Source: Strigamia acuminata
Taxonomy: Eukaryota
Assembly (NCBI GenBank): GCA_949358305.1
Contig: OX442314.1
Coordinates: 29,574,001 to 29,638,000 of the forward strand
Length of the DNA stretch: 64,000 nt
Direction: 5' to 3'
The notes under the pieces are model-generated. The model was not told the origin of the DNA. It saw only the letters and a program-made list of their open reading frames with translations, and did no database searches. Positions 60,676 through 64,000 of this stretch are shown here, piece after piece. The position numbers and the translations under genes are program-made. The stretch's first letter is position 1, and every line of letters starts with the position of its first letter.

Positions 60676-60980
60676 CCCGATTTGAGCCAAGGCGCGAGCC
60701 CAGCACGCTTCAATATTGCGCAGAAAACCTGCGCACTTAGCTCAAATGGGTGCAACTAGTGGTTATTACACCATATTGCACCATAACGGCTAATAACCGT
60801 CTTCACCCCAGACAACCTGGGGTGATATGTGCCTAGAGAGGATTTCTCCCCTCGGTCACATGATCTGACTTGGCGTGTGCCACAGTCAAATTAATTAGAA
60901 GACAATTAATTTTATCTTCTAAGTTGGTGAATATTTTGAGATCACCACACATCCCCCCATTTAAGACGAATCTTACATGG
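60676..60980 (-). other. Array of about 10 adjacent stem-loops (candidate structured cis-acting RNA)
   Basis: Stems read directly from the sequence. C-A mismatches on the + strand become G-U pairs on the minus strand; one loop is UUCG on the minus strand. Confidence 0.6.
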
Positions 60981-61001
60981 AGAGAAACTGAACGAACCAA
61001 T

Positions 61002-63648
61002 TTATGATTTGTCCATGTTCTGAGTTCGCTCAGGCGTCAACGGGCGCATCATGTCCGTGGCGTCGTCCCTCGGATTTGACCGCTCGTTAACCGTACACAG
61101 GTCGCGACCTGCGTTTGGTCCGGAGACCATTCCAGGGTTGACATGAAGCCAAACCTGGATGATTCTTGCCGAGTTCGCTCGGTTGAAAAATCCTAGCGCC
61201 GCAAACTCTATCGGATCCTCTGGCGCCAATCGTGCTCTCAGGAGTCGGTCGTGGAGCACCGATGGTGGGCTTAACACCCGAATGTGGTCCTCGAGCCACA
61301 TAAACACCTGCCTCGACAACTTGTGGTTGTTGCTAAGCAGTGTTCGCGTATCCGGCGTCAAATAGAAGTGCGGATACAGGCGCATCAGGGTCTTGAAAGC
61401 CGACTCCTTCTTCAGCGGCTTAACCTTCGTCTCCGGCTTGGCTGGCGGCGGCGGCGGCGGTGGACGTGAGTCTTCCGTCGTGGCATCGTCGAAATGGCTC
61501 GGCGAGCCCAAGAAAACCAACGCGGGTGCGGAGGTTGACGAGGGTGTGACGCCTCGTCCCTGCGCTCGACCAACTCCGGTGAGCTTACGGGGTTCTACTG
61601 CCCGTTGAACTCCGGCTGGAGTTTGAGAACTTCCGGCGTTCTCCGGCCAAAACGAACATCCAGCGCCATCTTGGGCTGACTGGAAAACAGCTAGCGACGC
61701 GGCTGCTGTGGCGCTCGTAACTGGAAGCGGAGTTCTTCCGGCCATTTGCGCCGTGGCCTTCGCAAAGGACCACTCGGTTCGTAACCGAACGGCGGCCTCT
61801 TCTTCGGTCTCGCCGTTTGCTACGACTTGCTTAATGAGCTCGGCTAAGATCGTAGGCGGGTCGAGCCTGAGGTGGTACCACAGCTCGACTTTCTTCTCCG
61901 ACAGGCCCATCGGCGCGGTCCAAAGGTACGTAATGGCCGCTAACGCCTGTCCTGGCGAAGGAAGAACACCAGGGTACAACACCCTAGTCATCCCCGGAAT
62001 TAGCTGACGCTGAAAATCCATCAGGCGGGGATCATCAATGGTCTTGATGTCGGAGAGTTCTAGCCTTTCAGCTAGTCTCTGCCAGTCCTTCTGCGACTCG
62101 GCGATCTGGGCGCTTTGGTATGCGTCCAGCTTCTGGAGCACTTCCTGCTGCGCTCTAATGGGTTGCTGCTCGTAGCAGGTCCATTGTGGTCCGAATGACT
62201 CACTAAAAAATGGCCGGAGTTGCAGGTTGCTAACTCCAGCCGGCAAGCGGGAAACATATCCATGTTCGGGCAAGCGGCTAGCATGTCCAGGTACTGGCAC
62301 GCTACAGTCGGGAGAGATATCACCGACAACACGTCTCATGGCGTATGGAGTAGCCGGGTTGTCCACTTTGAACGTGGAGGCGGTTCGGCTACTTCGGGCG
62401 GACTGGATTGTGGAGTCCGATTCGAAGCTCAGCGAAGACGACGAGCCAAACGTCTCTTGTGTCCGTCCTCGTCGCGACTGCGGGCGTGATGGCGGTGCTT
62501 CAGTCGAGTATGGGCGCGATCGCCTCTGTCGCTCCTCTCGATCGCGGCTGGATTCTCGAAACATCGGGCGTGTTGCTTGATCCGGCGGAGGGAGTCTTCC
62601 CACCCTCAAATCCTCGTCTTGCAGCGGAGGATTGATGGCCGCTGGGGCCGGGAGTTCATCTTCTCGATAGAAAGGGAGAGCGCATCGCGCTTGCTCCTCT
62701 GCCTCGTGTTCTTGAGCCAGTTGTCGATTTTCGTCGACGCGAAGCTGCGCTGCGGCAGCTCGGAGTGCTTTCGACTGGAAGAATCCTGGAAAATCATTGA
62801 AGCACCCGGCGAGCGCCAACTGGTGGAGCTCGGTTTGTGTGACGGGAAATTGCGGGTTCCCGTCACGAACGGACTGACGGTACCGCTTAACGACTTCTCG
62901 CTGAGTCGTTTTGAGGTTCTTCCTCACTTGGTGGAGAGCACCGTAATTAATTCCGGTGCTCCTGAGCACTCTTCTGCGCTCGTGACGCTCTCGAGGCGTC
63001 ACTGGCCACTGGTTGTGCAGCAATTCGGCAGCTAGTGGTCCTGGGGGGCTCTCGTCGAGCGTCCACTCGATTTCGTCGACTCCGTTGACGTGAGGCGCTC
63101 GATGAACCGGCCTTTTGCTCCAAGACCTTGCAGGGCGGACTTCGAGAAGTCGTGGCGCAACTTCCACCACGTGTTGTTTGCCGTCTTCAGTCTTCTGATT
63201 TTTTCGGGCAACGCCGCTCGAAAAATCAGCGGGTGCTGAGTCGGCACGTGATCGGGAAGCGCGAATGGCGTTTCTCGATCCCTCTCGATCTATATTCGAA
63301 GAAAAATAAATAAATTAGTTTATTTAAAAATAAACAAATAATTTCTTATTTGAAATATTTTTTAAGCTTAGCGCTTGTGGCCGTGAGCCACTAAGGGAAG
63401 TTGGTTGCTATAGCAACTCCCTTCGCACATGCTTGAAGCACGTGACTTTCATAGCCGCCATTTTTATTTTTTAGCGGCTTGTGTTTGAAGTCAGGAAAAG
63501 TGAAATTACTCAATTTTTCTGACTGAAACACTAGGTAAAACTTATTTTACTAATTTACCCTCTCTTGTAACGATAATTGGACGTTGTTACCGGCTCCTTC
63601 CATCGGCGTTTCATCGTCCGCATGGAGGTTGACTTCGTCGTCTGCCAT
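61002..63648 (-). CDS. Uncharacterised GC-rich spliced gene, about 781 aa; coding exons 63648-63591 and 63289-61002; probably mobile-element or virus derived
   Basis: The 722-codon ORF extends upstream without a stop to an acceptor (tttcttcgaatatag). It joins in phase 1 to a mini-exon MADDEVNLHADDETPMEGA with a gtaac donor. A further 66-nt 5'UTR intron lies at 63687-63752 (gtaagt...ctttctag). No family recognised. Confidence 0.75.
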
Positions 63649-63840
63649 TTTCCTTCTTTTTCGCGTCGAAAAAGAAATTCTTTCGGCTAGAAAGAATTAA
63701 TAAATTATATTAAATATATTTATCGAATTTTTCATTCAGAAAAATAACTTACAGTTTGCTGAATCAAGAAAAACTGTCGTGTGGTATCGGAGTCGATGCA
63801 TCCACTTCAAAACTTATCGGAAAAGTGGCTAAGTTCGTTG

Positions 63841-63939
63841 ATTGGAGCAACGAACTTGTTTCGGTGACACCGAATGACGTCACAAATTATAACGCATTGT
63901 GAACGTTGTCATTCGAGTGTGAACTACGAATGACGTCAC
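63841..63939 (-). promoter_or_regulatory. Candidate promoter of the minus-strand gene: two CRE palindromes and a CCAAT box
   Basis: cgaatgacgtcac at 63871-63883 and 63927-63939; attgg at 63841. Confidence 0.45.
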
Positions 63940-64000
63940 GAGATTGCTCTCTCGGATCTTTTGGGTAAACCCAAAAGGTGAAAGTCAACGCTATGTCTTG

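Noticed and set aside
61087..63313. Short overlapping ORFs on both strands within the orphan gene
   Set aside because: Expected in GC-rich coding sequence; no independent support.

Overview
AT-rich animal genomic DNA with spliceosomal introns, dominated by transposons. Main contents: (1) A complete DIRS1-like tyrosine-recombinase retrotransposon (3551-9012) with ITRs, an internal complementary region (ICR), RT/RNase H/methyltransferase and YR. Its gag is split by two 67-68 nt GT-AG introns whose removal gives one Gag-Pol frame, and a third candidate splice would give Gag-YR. It sits inside the terminal inverted repeat (TIR) of a MITE. (2) An intact, young BEL/Pao LTR element (33489-39383) plus two older solo LTRs and a separate LTR remnant with a tRNA-Phe primer-binding site. 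(3) A tandem cluster of three intact six-exon, unusually compact DEG/ENaC (pickpocket-like) channel genes and one pseudogene (46947-58399), all with Leu-Gly in place of the His-Gly motif. (4) An unrecognised GC-rich spliced minus-strand gene (about 781 aa, 61002-63648) followed by about 300 nt of back-to-back RNA hairpins and a second broken reading frame. The rest is MITEs (pogo, Tc2, hAT, Helentron/DINE-like), a Tc1 fossil, tandem repeats and unassigned sequence. All calls were made by eye, without database searches.
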